DNA of 64,000 bases, taken from positions 62,496,001 to 62,560,000 of the forward strand of contig OZ024740.1 of assembly GCA_964016885.1 (NCBI GenBank), given 5' to 3'. The notes below the pieces were generated by a model, which saw nothing but the letters and a program-made list of their open reading frames with translations, had not been told where the DNA came from and did not search any database. Shown in pieces: positions 1 through 13,804 of the stretch. This DNA is from Eledone cirrhosa. Its lineage: Eukaryota. The position numbers and the translations under genes were made by a program. Numbering within the stretch: position 1 is the stretch's first letter; every line of letters starts with the position of its first letter.

Positions 1-1012
1 AGTGTGGCCGTTCATATGGCTTGAGATTGCTAGGCTAACGTCTTTGTACAGGGCTGAATAATTATACTATATCTCTCAAACAATTCAGAAATGTTCATAC
101 TCTCACTGACAAAACAAAGAAGATCTACAAAACGAACACCACCATCGGACTCCCGATTAACACCATCACCAATATACACCGCACTCCACCCCACACAAAA
201 AACCAAAGCTAAAACATATGAAGACGTAAACGAAGGAACTATCCTCTCTTCTTAAGACAGACGATCATGTAGACTGCTTCACCTTTAGTTCCCGCCCTAC
301 CTCACCCTTAAGGATCACAAACCTTTTTTCAAATTGAAATTGAAAAGCATGGTGAAGAAATTTCTAAGTTTACGTGTAGCGTATTACAAATATATATCGG
401 TATTCAATAAATGAAAACATAAACAAACGGAAATATAGATAACAGTGTAAGTCTAACAGAAAAAAAAGAAGGTATTTTTAAAAATATAATTTTATCAAGA
501 TAGTCATAATGGAAAACGTGTTTCTGCAAAATTTCATTAAAGCATGCACATATAGGAGCAGAGTGGTGGTGGTGGTGAATAAACTGCAGTAATACCTGGT
601 GTATGTGTGTATGTGTGTATGTGTGTATGTGTGTGTATGTGTATATGTGTGTGTGTGTATTTATGTTTATACAGCTTAATTTATTGCATCGACTGATTAT
701 CATTAACCTAAGTAATGATGATATAAATAGATAACACACACACACACACTCATACACACAAACACGCACATACACACACACCTATATATACACAGACACA
801 CACACATACACACAGACACACATACACAAAGTCACACAGACACACACAGTCACAGACACACACACACACACACACACCATGGAGTGATAGATAGATAAAT
901 AGGTAAATAGATACATAGAAAAAATAGATAAATATATATATATATATTGTTATACTTGGGGAAGGTCATATTTGTGTAATATTGCCAGAATTAATAACTA
1001 ATTCATCGCCGC

Positions 1013-1044
<32 letters not shown>

Positions 1045-1406
1045 AAGAGAGAGAGAGTGAGAGAGAGAGAGAGAGAAGGCAACAGCGTGAGATAGATCTA
1101 AAGAGACAGTAATACAGATATAACTGGCATGTATTGCGTTTTGGGAAAAAAAACCCACAACAAACAAAACCAGAAACAAAACACGACTACATAACGTTTC
1201 CTGTTGCTTTGTGCTTTTTAACTAATAAAAAAAAACTTCTTATAATCAGTACCAAGACATCATAGCGTGACAGACGGACAAAAAAAAACAAAAAAACAAA
1301 ACAAATGCTATACAATTAATATGATATAGATTTTTACTTTTGGTGACGTAAGACACAGTTTTTAGACCTCCTGATAAGTAAGTCACCATGAATCCAGTTA
1401 ATTATA

Positions 1407-1601
1407 CGAGGGTTGGCTGAAAATTTGATAGGCTGAGCAAGATACTCTCATGGAATGACCAAATGAGGTTTATTTATCAACCTAGTCCCTGGAAAAAAAT
1501 GCTGTTATTAATAAGAAAAGTTGAAATTAATGCAAGCAAGATTTCACAGTTGTAGCATCATTCCTTCATGGACAGCATATGAACTTTTTAGCCGACCCTC
1601 G
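1407..1601. mobile_element. Tc1/mariner-type MITE
   Basis: Imperfect TIRs CGAGGGTTGGCTGAAAA ... TTTTAGCCGACCCTCG, flanked by TA on both sides (1405-1406, 1602-1603); no ORF. Confidence 0.8.
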
Positions 1602-1654
1602 TAATACTGTATTCTAACAGAAGCTCAAGTTCTCAAATTTTAGATGGAGGAAGT

Positions 1655-2022
1655 TTATAGTGGATTATTTTGACTTTAGTACTCTCGTGACGCTGAACTC
1701 CGCTGAACTTAGACTGCGTATTAACATGTGATATCTTTCTCCACAAAGTTCGATCACCAGCAGCAGAGTTCAAGCAGCAAAGATCAACTCCAGTCCATGA
1801 ATTGACATTGTCAAGCCATCGTTTTGGCTGCCGGCCTCTTCTGCTTCTCTTACCAGCCAACCTTCCTTCCAGGCATAACCTACTCACACCACGAGTTGAT
1901 CTTTTTATATGGCCGTATAGTTTGAGTACTCTTGACTTGACAATTGATGTAATTGGTCTAAGTTTGGTAATGTTGAGCAGCTCACTGATACAGATACGGT
2001 CGCCGAGCCGCTTGCCAGTCAT
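1655..2022 (-). mobile_element. RTE-type LINE 3' fragment
   Basis: ORF 1633-2022 reads DRICISELL...LKLYGHIKRS...LEGRLAGKRSRRGRQPKRWLDNV...DRTLWRK, the typical post-RT C-terminus of RTE ORFs. Confidence 0.8.
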
Positions 2023-2180
2023 AGATAGCAGACTTTATTGTGGGAATTATCGTCCTAGCAGCTTACTGAGTCACGTTTACAAGCTTTTCATAAGTATCCT
2101 TGCAGCACGAGTGAAGTCAGAACTTTACGCCTCATTTCCTGAAACACAAGTCGCGTATCCACCACGGAATGGTGAAAGGT
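2023..2180 (+). mobile_element. LINE RT N-terminal fragment, inverted relative to the adjacent 3' fragment
   Basis: CGNYRPSSLLSHVYKLFISILAARV...PETQVAY matches the NYRPISLL..YK...RL...QxGF region of non-LTR RTs. Confidence 0.75.
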
Positions 2181-2499
2181 AAATATATAATTCGAGATAA
2201 ACACGCCAAACACAGAGATACATTAACACCGAGTCTTATTAGTTTTAGACTCATTATTTAATTCGCCAGGTGTCTTTACGATCGTGAGCCAAACACCCTA
2301 ACCACTAAGTCACGCGTTTTCAACCCCCCCCCCCCCCCCACATGCAATTTAGACATGATTAATAAAACATCAATAATATTTTGGTTATTTATTAATATAG
2401 TGAAGGTGATAAATTGGCAGATTCATTAGAACGTCTGTGATCCGAGTTCAAATCCTACCGGTGTATCTATCTAAAAAGAGAAAGACTAAGAATTATATA

Positions 2500-2691
2500 G
2501 AGAGATCACTAAATCGCCTAATGCGGTCCCTAGGGCATTGAAAATTTGAAATTGTTTTGGCTCAGAATATTCCCTGAAACATAAGTATTACACGTGTAAA
2601 GTTTGAAAACAGTCGGTTGGGTGCTTCTCTAGTTTTAGGGATTCAAACTCACACACACACAGACAGACATCCTCAGTTTTATATATATAGA
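2500..2691 (-). mobile_element. Non-autonomous Helitron-like 5' end
   Basis: Minus strand starts A|TCTATATATATAAAACTGAGGATGTCTGTCTGTGTGTG, the usual TC-start plus microsatellite pattern of animal non-autonomous Helitrons; 3' boundary not determined. Confidence 0.5.
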
Positions 2692-2703
2692 TAATATAAT
2701 ATT

Positions 2704-2970
2704 GGATGAAAGGCTAAGTTAACCTCGGCGCGATTTGAACTCAGAATGGCAAGGACTAAAAGCATAGTGTCCGACCCTCTACCGATGGTGGATTGGCAGT
2801 ATCGGTAGAGGGTCGGACACTATGCTTTGACGCATAGAGTCACAGCCCTTGCCATTCTGAGTTCAAATCGCGCCGAGGTTAACTTTGCTTTTCATCCTTA
2901 CGGAGTCGATAAAATAAAGTACCAGTAATGTACTGGTTAAATGCTGGCCTCATGCCAAAAGTAGAAACAT
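2704..2970. mobile_element. tRNA-derived SINE (Meta-domain-like): full + copy 2790-2970 preceded by an inverted partial copy 2704-2786
   Basis: A box TGGCAGTATCGG, B box GAGTTCAAATC, central GCCGAGGTTAACTTTGCCTTTCATCCTTACGGGGTCGATAAAATAAAGTACCAG resembling the Meta domain; family recurs throughout the window. Confidence 0.8.
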
Positions 2971-3078
2971 TTATATTATATTATATTATATTATATTATA
3001 TTATATTATATTATATTATATTATATTATATATTATATTATATTATATTATATTATATATTATATTATATTTTTTTAT

Positions 3079-3195
3079 GGTCTGAGTTCAAATCCCGCCG
3101 AGGTTAACTTTGCCTTTCATCCTTACGGGGTCGATAAAATAAAGTACCAGTAATGTACTGGGATAATTGCTGGCCTTGTGCCAAAAGTAGAAATA
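3079..3195 (+). mobile_element. SINE (Meta-domain-like), 5'-truncated
   Basis: Same consensus from the B box to GTAGAAA, set between (TATTA)n arrays. Confidence 0.8.
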
Positions 3196-3418
3196 ATTAT
3201 ATTATATTATATTATATTATATTATATTATATTGTATAGTTTACTAAATTCCCATTATTAAATTCATTACAGTGCTTGGAGGGAAAGAAATCGGTGGCGC
3301 CTCCATTTTAATTAACTGGCATTCACATCTTCGCCCGAGAGATACAGTTATATGTATGTTTGTATGTATGTATGTATGTATGTATGTATGTATGTATGTA
3401 TGTATGTATGTATGTATG

Positions 3419-3449
<31 letters not shown>

Positions 3450-3567
3450 GTATGCATATATATATGTATGCATATATGTATGTATGTATAAAAATACTCA
3501 CATATATACGTGTATATACATTCATATATATGTTTATATATAACTCGTCAAATACCCTACACTTACA

Positions 3568-3615
<48 letters not shown>

Positions 3616-4239
3616 TATATATATGTATAAATATATATGTTTTTATACATACATACATAATTACTCACACAGTAATGTTATGTCTGTGTAGCGTTAATGA
3701 TATAAATATGGAACACATTCATATTTAATTTGCCCATTTCTGTAACAGTTTCAGCTGTTTTAGCCGCAATAGCACACTGGTTAGTGTTAAGTACCAGGGT
3801 CCCTCTCATGCTTTAAATCTCGATTAGTTTCAGTGTAATCTGTACAGTCAGTGCCTTTGGGATATCCTTAATCACAGGCAAATTCTGTCTCCAGCTATCG
3901 AAGGGAAGTACTGTTATTCCTCCCAATGGTTGCTAAATTACAAGGGGAACTTGCTGATATGAGGAATACTATTGTGGTATGAAAACTGGTAGGTCTTCCA
4001 GAATGACTCACATCATATATTGACGAAGCTCTCTCACTTTCATTGTGTCCTAATTCGTTGTTACAAGGCTCAATTCTGAAAAATCAATGTGACTCAGTCG
4101 CTTCCCCTACCGATGAATCTGTAGCAGTACTTCACAGCCTTGACATTTTGCATAATATCACAATAAACTTGGTAGCCTTATCACATTGAGAGAAGAGTAG
4201 ATTGTATAGCAATGCCTAAATTAGAAATTATTACCATAT

Positions 4240-4970
4240 CTAGCAGAAAAACCACCCTTTAGGTGGTTTTTCTGCTAGCATGTGTAGTGTGCATATTGAT
4301 ATTATATGCAAATATATATGCATGTAGATATATGTTAAATAAAATCGTAATTGACAATATGCATAGAAATTGAAGAGAGACTGTCTTGCACTCTCTTCTG
4401 TAATCAGTAAAGTAATCCATGATACATTTAAAAAAGACGATATTATATATAAACTACATTACGGCAAAATGTTATGAAAACGAAAAAGAAGAAAATTAGC
4501 GACAGAAATATAAACCTTATATAACGATGCAAATATATAAACGTCTACATAAGCAATGTAATAAGTGTTATGATATAATGGACGCTAACCGGAAGTGTTG
4601 ACATTTGAACATTTTAAAAGAAGTGAATCTTAAAATCAGCACTCATTATATATAAGAATATTGATGTTTAATCAACAGCTACGAAATTTAGTACCTAAAT
4701 TATATAATATTCATTCATTATTTATTCACGCAATGCTTTGACGCATAGAGTTACGGCCCTTATCATTCTGAGTTCAAATCCCGCCGAGGTTAACTTTGCT
4801 TTCATGCTTACGGGGTCGATAAAATAAAGTACCAGTAATGTACTGGGTAATTGCTGGCCTTGTGCCAAAAGTAGAAACAATTATTTATTCAAAGTAATCC
4901 AATTTATTTTACTAACGGAATAAAAAATATATATTCAGGACACAGTCCCGCACTCCTCCCTTTATTATAT
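4240..4970 (-). mobile_element. Dispersed repeat, probable non-autonomous Helitron (copy 1), with a nested SINE at about 4733-4880
   Basis: Colinear with 61357-61907; minus strand starts ATATAATAAAG and ends in a 17-bp hairpin CTAGCAGAAAAACCACC/GGTGGTTTTTCTGCTAG terminating in CTAG. Confidence 0.55.
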
Positions 4971-5629
4971 TATGATGGTGACGGTACCAGTGTGGCAAAA
5001 ATGCTGGATAAAATTCGTCTCGATATTCGTTTCTACTATTTATGTTCTAAGTTCAAATCCTGTTCTGGTTAACTTAACATTTAATCCTTCGGGGGTCGAT
5101 AAAATAGACTACCAGTCATGTATTTGGTTATATTTATTTGACTAAACTCGTTCTCCCTCAAATTTATGGCATTGTATCTATATTAGAAGTTATTATTACT
5201 GAAGTGGTGGATGTCAAAATTGGTTGGGGGCGACGGACGAAATGCATTGCATCATTTAGTTTTGTCTCATGAAATTCTGGGTTCAAATCCAGTTCCAGTC
5301 GATTAATAAGGCTTCAAACGTTCGTCTGGAACAACAAAGTTCGACGTTTTCAAATTCACACGGTTACACCATCAGAAGTGTTTTAACTACAACAACAACA
5401 TGCTTTATTTCTTGAAAGGTTTTGTGAAAGACTAAAGTGCTGAATTCAAATTATAAACACTGTTTTATTACTATATTTGTATTGATTTATGCAATAATAA
5501 ACGAGACAAACACAGAGATGCAAAAGAACGAAGTCTTATTAGGTTCACGCTTGGGAACGAAGATAAAGAAAAAGGAAGCAGGAAGTAAATAAATGTGTCA
5601 ACGTATCGGACATAACTCTTTCTTCATTT

Positions 5630-6109
5630 AAAAAAATCATTTAAAAAAATTATTGTAAAAAATCATTTTAATAAAAAAATCATTTAAAAAATCATTTCAA
5701 AAAATCATTGTAAAAAATCATAAAAAAAAATAATTTAAAAAAATGATTATAAAAAATGATTTAAAAAATCATTTAAAAAAATCATTAAAAAAAATCATTT
5801 TAAAAATTTAAAAAATCATTGTAAAAAATCATTTAAAAAAATCATTTTGAAAAATTATTTTAAAAATCATTGTAAAAAATCATTTTAATAAAAAAATTAT
5901 TTTAAAAAATCCTTTAAAAGAATCATTTCAAAAAGTCATTTAAAAAAAATCATTTAAAAAAAATTCATTTCAAAATATTATTGTAAAAGATCATTTAAAA
6001 AAAGTCATTTTAAAAAATCATTTAAAAAAAATCATTTAAAAAAAAATCATTTAAAAAAAATCATTTAAAAAAATCATTGTAAAAAAACCATTTTAATAAA
6101 AAAATCATT

Positions 6110-6110
<1 letters not shown>
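5630..6110 (+). repeat. Degenerate 12-13 bp tandem repeat (AAAAAATCATTT)n
   Basis: Directly visible array of AAAAAATCATTT/AAAAAATCATTGT units. Confidence 0.9.
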
Positions 6111-6454
<344 letters not shown>

Positions 6455-6806
6455 TACGTATATAGAGAAAAGGTGAAGTTAGAAATAGCACGGAAAATAT
6501 ATTTAAGGGTCTGTTTTTCTTTTTTTTATAATTTCTTTGATTCGTCATTTTTAAACAATGATATTTCCAAAGATTGTTTACCCCTCGGAGCTCCAGTTTC
6601 AAATAATTAAGAAAACGATTCTCCTAAGAAAAGAATCGAAATGATATATTTGACAATAATTTCAAACTAATTAAAGATATTTTCATTTTCATTAATTGCG
6701 TGTTCTTATTTAATAAACATGAATCAGGTGTATGGCATGTACAACATTAAAAAATATATATGATATAAAAGAAATATGTTTATTGATTGGTTGAATCACA
6801 TGAAAA

Positions 6807-6856
<50 letters not shown>

Positions 6857-7458
6857 AGAGACACGCACACACACATACATACACATACATCTAAAGAGGG
6901 AGAGAGACACAGAGGAAGAGGCAGAAAGAGAGAAATAGGCTGTTATACAGAGAAACATACAATTAAAGTGTTAGATATTCAGATAGAGAGAGAGAGAGAG
7001 AGAGTGACGTCCCACAAAAGTATCAGTTGAAGGTTTATCAATATTGTGTTAGCTTTTATAAAGTCGTTTTACAGTCTTTGATTTTACAGAACAAAGAAAA
7101 ATTGATACTATTTGAAATTAATCTACCCTCCAGCTTTTATCCATATACTACTTAGAGTCCGTACTAACGAAGTTAAACACTCCAGAAGCAATGTTTTGTG
7201 GTATATTGTTGTGTTTCAGATGACGTTCTTTGGAGCTGAAAAAGATCATACTGACTATGGTTATTTCACAACATTTAAAATCCAAGGCTAATGCTACCAT
7301 TTAATCGGCAGTTTACTGCCCCCAGCCTAATAAGGAAGTTTTATGCTTGTGTTTTTTTATATCTCTCCCACACACACTCCCATTAAGGTCTCACCTCATA
7401 CCAGACAACGCATCCAATACAGTCGTTATCTCTTTTATCAGTCTTCTCTTAACTGTTC

Positions 7459-7487
7459 ACCCGGACGAGGCCGGGTACCTCAGCTAG
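7459..7487 (+). mobile_element. Helitron 3' terminus
   Basis: Hairpin ACCCGG acgagg CCGGGT, then 7 nt, then CTAG|T. Confidence 0.55.
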
Positions 7488-7739
7488 TATGAAATATGTT
7501 ATTTATAATTTATATCAAGCATGTATCTGTAGCATTGTGCATAAGACACAGAAATTATATAAACATTTTGGAATAAAAATAATTTCTTACTAGAAAGATA
7601 ACTTTTCAAGAGAAATCTAATAGAAATTTCTCAAACTAAATATGCCTCCATTAAGTACAATACTGACACATTTATAGCTAACTTTGAACATTGGCAACGA
7701 CAGGTGTTTTACTAATATATATATATATATGTATACACA

Positions 7740-7830
<91 letters not shown>

Positions 7831-8063
7831 TTATATGTAACGAAGATCGCTGGTATTAAGTCCCCGGTCAACGCCTAGCTCACTCAATGAACCTGCCGAA
7901 TTGCAATAATGCATCTGTTCAGAGTGTACATATTTAGTTAATAGCAGATACGGTGGCTGTGTTTTGGTAGAGATAAAAGTAAAAATCTCAAGCCCTGGAC
8001 GATATTTCTGTGCAACATAGCTTCACAAATGCAGGTATTAAATCCGCAATGTTCAGAAAGTCA

Positions 8064-8167
<104 letters not shown>

Positions 8168-8183
8168 TAAAATAACAGATTAA

Positions 8184-8234
8184 AGTTTAAGCAAAGAATC
8201 GCTGCTTTCACCCTTAACGGGATCTTCTGAAACT
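8184..8234 (-). ncRNA. Hammerhead-like fold (type I) with variant core CAGAAGA
   Basis: Minus strand AGTTT-CAGAAGA-tCCCgttaaGGGt-GAAA-GCAgcgattcttTGC-TT-AAACT; stems I, II and III all pair. Confidence 0.5.
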
Positions 8235-9159
8235 AACAAAGTCAATCTGTAAACGCAGAACTGGATATTTCAAAAAACGTTGCAACCGGAGGAAGACAGG
8301 AAGACGATACTTTGGTTCGTGGAAACGTTCGCTGGCGAAGTACGGGAAAAAACGAATAATACGTCATTAAATAGGAGCGGTGAAAAACATTTACGCGCAA
8401 AGACAGAACCACGTTTATGGTATAAAAGAGGTCGTAGACTAATGTTCTCTTAGGTGGTGCATAGAGACGTTCTCTGGCAATGAACGAAAAAACGAAGATA
8501 ATACGTCATATGTGGAGCGTGGAGAACAATAGCACGCAAAGACAAAACCACGTAAATGGTATAGCAGAAGTTGTAGACTAAAATTCTAACTAGGAGACCA
8601 AATGAATCTCCGCTACAGAGTTAAGAACAAAGTAAATAAATACAATACAGAAGTAATAAATAAATACATACACGCAAACAAAAACGTACATACACAAGCA
8701 TACGCAAAACCTTACCATAGGTATACAAAACCACGCACATATAAATATGTGTGTGTGTGTATGCGTGTATACAAATAAATAAATAATTATATAAACGTAT
8801 ATAAATAAATAAATACGTATATAACCAGCGCACACACATACCTACATATAAATACACGAATGTTCGGAGACGTAAGTCAACTAAAACAAGAAGTACACAT
8901 ATACACACACCCACCATACGTACGAACCTACATAATCACACAGACGCAAAAACTCCCGTATACACATAGCCAAACCCTATGTACCAGAATATATAAAAAA
9001 TTATACGCCATAGCAATCAAATATACGTACGAGAAGGTATATGTACCTTCACAAAACATACGGGTAGTATATACTTACCTATGCAAATAAGTAAAGGAAT
9101 AAACAAAACATATACTTAGCTCCCACATCAAGACGTAAAATATCCACGTATAGATCGTA

Positions 9160-11270
9160 CTATCCGTTAGGGTATAACGTGGGGCTGTAATACAGGAAAG
9201 TTTTGTGCAATTTATGTTTACAAGCCGAAATTGCCTCAGATTTTTTGTTTAAGATGTGGTCTGCGGCGTAGAGTATTTCCAGGGCCTCAGCGGCGCAGAG
9301 GTCACATGGTCTTTTATTTCCGTTATACGATCTAGCCCTAGCTAGGATCTCCCAGTGTAACTTATATTGGGTGTGGTTGTCTTTTAGACTCCAGATATAA
9401 GCTGAAAGTGACGTCATATTCCTTCTTAGAGGGTAACGAAAAGAATGGGTATGCATGTAAAGACACTGCTTGAAACTATTGGCGGTTAACCCTATGTAAG
9501 CCCTACGGGACGTGGGTGTTACAACCTTACATTTGTAGACAATGTTACTAGAGAGGCATTTCCCAGATAGGGGGCAATCAGCCCGATTCCTACAATTACA
9601 GTTAGTACTAACTACAGGGTTGCACGTGTTCCTACGGCTAGGTAGTTTAGCTAAATTTGAAGCTGTGATGTTATGTGCAAGGTTAGGAGTCGTAGAGTAA
9701 GAAATTTTAATAGTATTTCTATTAAAAATGTTACTATATTTATGTGTAGGGGGAAAATGCTTCGTAATAAGGGAAAGAAAGATCTTAGCTCATGGTGTGG
9801 CCACCTCCATATTATATGGTGGATTATACCAACAAATGCGACGGGATCTATTTCTTCTAGGTCTATTTTCGTACTCTGTATATGCTACCTTATCGACAAA
9901 TCCACTTCGAGCAAGAGCTTCATTGTAATAAGTGGAATGGTCGTTGAAAATACGCTCGTTGGTGGAAAGACGGGAAAGCCTCAACGAAACGTTTCTTACC
10001 AGGTTCTTGGTTATGCTGGCAGGATGGTTGGAATGCTTACTTATGTAATTAAGCGTATCATTCGGCTTTCTATACGGGTAATACAACCCATTCAATAAAT
10101 TGAGGGTAACGTCAAGGTAATTAACGACCGAGAGATTGGCCTCAACCTGTATAGAGAGGTTGAAGCCTTTAAAGAAGGCTGTGAGTTCTTTTCTGAACCT
10201 GTCGCAAGCACGAGGTCCGCACTTAGTCATGGTCAAAAGACCATCGTCACGGTACAAACCACCGCCCGCGTTGGGGAATTCGTCCTTGATAGAGAAAAGA
10301 AGGAAAAGGCCAATAAGATCACTAACCTCCGCAGAGTCACTGGCGCCTATACTCACGTCGAATGGGGTACTATTGGATTTTTTTATCCAAATAGAGTCGT
10401 CGAAATTAATCACCGACTTTCGGGCATTGAGGATGACATCAACTTCGAAATCCTTAACCACTGTGAGTGTTTTAGCGAAATTTATAGCTCTAAGGAGAAG
10501 TGGTAAAGTGATGGAGGAGTAGTAATTGTTGATGTCGAATTGGATAACACGGCAATGTTCCTTGTTACATATGCCGTTGAACCAATCAATCACCGCGAAA
10601 GAATTGTTCCAGTGCAAGAGGGGCCAAACTTCTAATTTCAGGTATAATTCTATCAAGAATCGTTCTACTAAGTCTACCTAAATCGGACTTCGTAGGGTTA
10701 ATAAGCCGAATAGAGGGGTTGTTCGGAAAATTGGATTTGTGATCCTTCAGGGTAAAGTGGGGAGAAATAGGGTCCAGAGGTTCGGTTCGGTCCAGGATGT
10801 TGAGATCAGATGTGATTTTAAACCCAGCATCGTTGATTTCATTGATGACGCACCGATTAGTTTTACGGTAATCCTTAGTTACAGCATTATGTAGTAGTTG
10901 ATGGTAAGTACTGCGTTCCACTTGATATAGGTTGCCAGTTTTGTCGGAATGGACGTGCACGGCGTTAGAATCCTTAATAGAACGAATTCTATTCTTCAGG
11001 TCTGGCTGGGAGGAATTGCTCCTATTCCGAAATTTGATACTCCGAATGAGTTCCAAGACATCATTTTCGAAGGGTAGCAATGCTGGGTTCCACGGGGGGT
11101 TATTATAGGTTTTAAATCCAAATTTATCCTGTTTGTTGTCTGCTTTTCGCGGATTATCGAAATAAAAGGCACGCCAACGCAACCTTTTAATGAACGCGTC
11201 TGTTTTCTGTATCAGGAGTTTTAGGTATGTTTTCTTGCTTGGTACGGGTATGTTCTTTGTAGAAATATTC
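9160..11270 (-). pseudogene. Penelope-like RT / GIY-YIG endonuclease ORF with one frameshift (about 10620) and one in-frame TGA (9790-9792)
   Basis: Motifs SDKTGNLY, TLKDHK...RLINPTKSDLG, FDINNYYSSI, YRDDGL, NYLDVTLNL, SNHP, WYNPPY. My translation past the TGA continues in frame: KHFPP...CNCRNRADCPLSGKC...IVYKC...YIGLT...CDLC...CKH. Confidence 0.9.
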
Positions 11271-13804
11271 AGATGTTGTTTCTGTGTATATATTACCTTA
11301 AATAGCAACCACACAGCCATTTTTATTCTCCATATATTTCATTAATGCACTGGGTATTTGCTGGCCTTGTGCCTAACGTAGAAACAATTATATATATATA
11401 TATATATATTAATGAAAAAGAACAAAGGAACTATTATGACATTATAACAAGTTTATTGCCGACAGCCGTTTCGTTCGACCATATAACATGTGATTGTAAG
11501 TTCACATGTAAGTTCACATATAACATGTGATTGTAAGGCATATAACATGTGATTGTAAGTTCATTATTTACATCAACGTTTCACTCAAGATTAGCAGTTT
11601 GAAATTGTGGTATACATCAGCAGCTCCGCTTGTATATTTGGGGTCTATATTCTAAGGGGGCTCTTTTATATTAGTTGTCGGAGTTGTAAAAGGGATGGGT
11701 TATGGGGAGTTAAGAGAATTTGAAAAGGGCCTAAGAGTCAGGGAATGAAGGTTAAAAATTAGATAATTTATAATTTACGCATTAAAAGTAAAGGACTTGG
11801 GGCCTCGTACAAGCACCTTAAAAAATCCCTCAATAAGTGCATAAAGCTTATAAGCCCCAATAAACATAACAAACCAGAAGAGATTAAGAGACTGAAAAAA
11901 TAAAAAAATAAAAAAATAAAAATATAAAGTTTCCTAAAAAATTCCTTCGAGAGAAAAAAAATTTTTTCGAAAGAAAAAAATTTTCTTCCCCAGAGATCAC
12001 GTTAAGAAATTTCCCGTTAAAAAATTTCAGAAAATTTACGAAGTTTTGATAATCCCTACTAAGTTGAAAGAAACTAATCAATTAAAGGTTAATTCAAAAA
12101 GCCTTCAAAAAATCCCCCAGAAAAGGCCCCTTTAATATTTTTAATAAGAACCTCTCCCGAGAGACCCTTCGAAGATTTTAGAGAGCCTTTAAGGATATAT
12201 ATAAACGAATTGAGGAAAATTATGAATTAAAAGTTAAAAATTACGGGATTTGGGATATTCGAGGAATTTTCAAAGGGCTGCTTCAACAGATAGAACTTAG
12301 GTATAATAGATAACATAATTTAAGTAATTTAAGTAATTTAAGTAATTTAATTAGGGAGCAATTCAAAGAGCTTATCAAGTTGGGCAAGATTAAAGAAAAT
12401 GATAAGTAAGAAAATACATAAGCAAAAAGACAATAATTATAAAATGTATTTTTAAGAAGGTATAAGGTAGCTTCAGTAATCTAATAATGTACTATCAAAA
12501 AATTATTATAACATTATTAATACAGGATTAACAAAGACATAATAATATATTCCTGCCTAATTAACAAATAATCAATAAACAATTAACAGTCAAGCAAAAT
12601 TAGCTCAGGGATAACCCGCGCTCGGATACTTTACACACATACAGCAACACATAGGATTAACAAAGACATAATGGTGTATTCCTGCCTAATTAACAAACAA
12701 TCAATAAACAATTGATAGTCAAGAAAATGTACTCAGGGATATCCCACGCACGGATACTTTACACACATACAGCAAGATGAACAATACAGGTGACCTTGTG
12801 GGTGCGATATCCATTGTGCGTATGTAGTCATCTGCATAGCTCCAGGCACAGTTGGTCTTGTTTAAAAGTTCAGAGTTCACGAATCAACTGGGATTCACTA
12901 TCAGCTGTGTGGACTCTCTGGGAAATGTACCTGTGGATCAAATAGCTAGTGGTTGCTAGGTGTGGTCCGTTCGAACTTTTAGTTTCGGGGGTTGCACGCT
13001 TTTGCGATAGATCAGCCTGCCGGTTCTAAATCCAAGGTCTCGCTGCATAGGATGTATTGGTTTACATGCTATATTGGTAAAAAAACCAGTGTGGATTTAA
13101 CTGGGGTGGTATATTGCGTCTCTCGCTAATATCACCTCTTCTCACGAACTCCAAGCACACACGCGACTGGTCAAATGCGAAGTGCTGTCCCCTCTTTGTT
13201 TATTGTAGGGGTCGGTTCCAGCTTAGATGGTGGTCGTGTTATCCATATTCCGTCAGCCATGCATATTCAAGATCAGGGTATATATTTGCGGGTATGGTCC
13301 GGCGTCTACGCTATCCAAAGGGTCTCTCTTGTGGTATTTTCAAGTTCGCATGTCATCTCCCGGTTAAGACTGCGCATGCTTCGGTGAATCTCATGCATGG
13401 AATCTTGGGGTATCATATTACACGGGGTGACTAGCAGAAAATATATATTCCATGCTATCGCGCACGCGCTGGCCTGTGGCTTCGACCGTGTCCAGTCTCG
13501 GGTAGTAGCCGACAGCAAGTAGACCAGCTAGACTCACCCCTGCTCAAGGGGCACAACCCCTAACTTATCGAGTGATCAGACATCAAGGGAGTCAACTCTC
13601 CAAGCCCATTAAGTCAACCGTGGTAATATACAAAAAATCCCTATTAATAAAGAACTAACTCAAAAAGAACCACTAATAATAAAGAAGAACTAACTCAAAG
13701 GAAGTGAATGGGGGAGAATGGGGAGGGGCATCTATTTGGGCGTCGCATATTTGGTAGGTCAGGCGTGATCATCGCGATTCACATACGACCTACCATACAT
13801 CTTG

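Noticed and set aside
1-120. Possible decayed Penelope GIY-YIG C-terminus (GRSY...RLC..E.LYYI)
   Set aside because: Needs a frameshift and two stops within about 30 codons; too weak to call
9790-9792. In-frame TGA in the Penelope ORF as selenocysteine, as reported for some Naiad elements
   Set aside because: It falls at a position that is normally hydrophobic (TP*AK versus TNIGK-like), not at a conserved Cys; TTA to TGA is simpler, and this copy also has a frameshift
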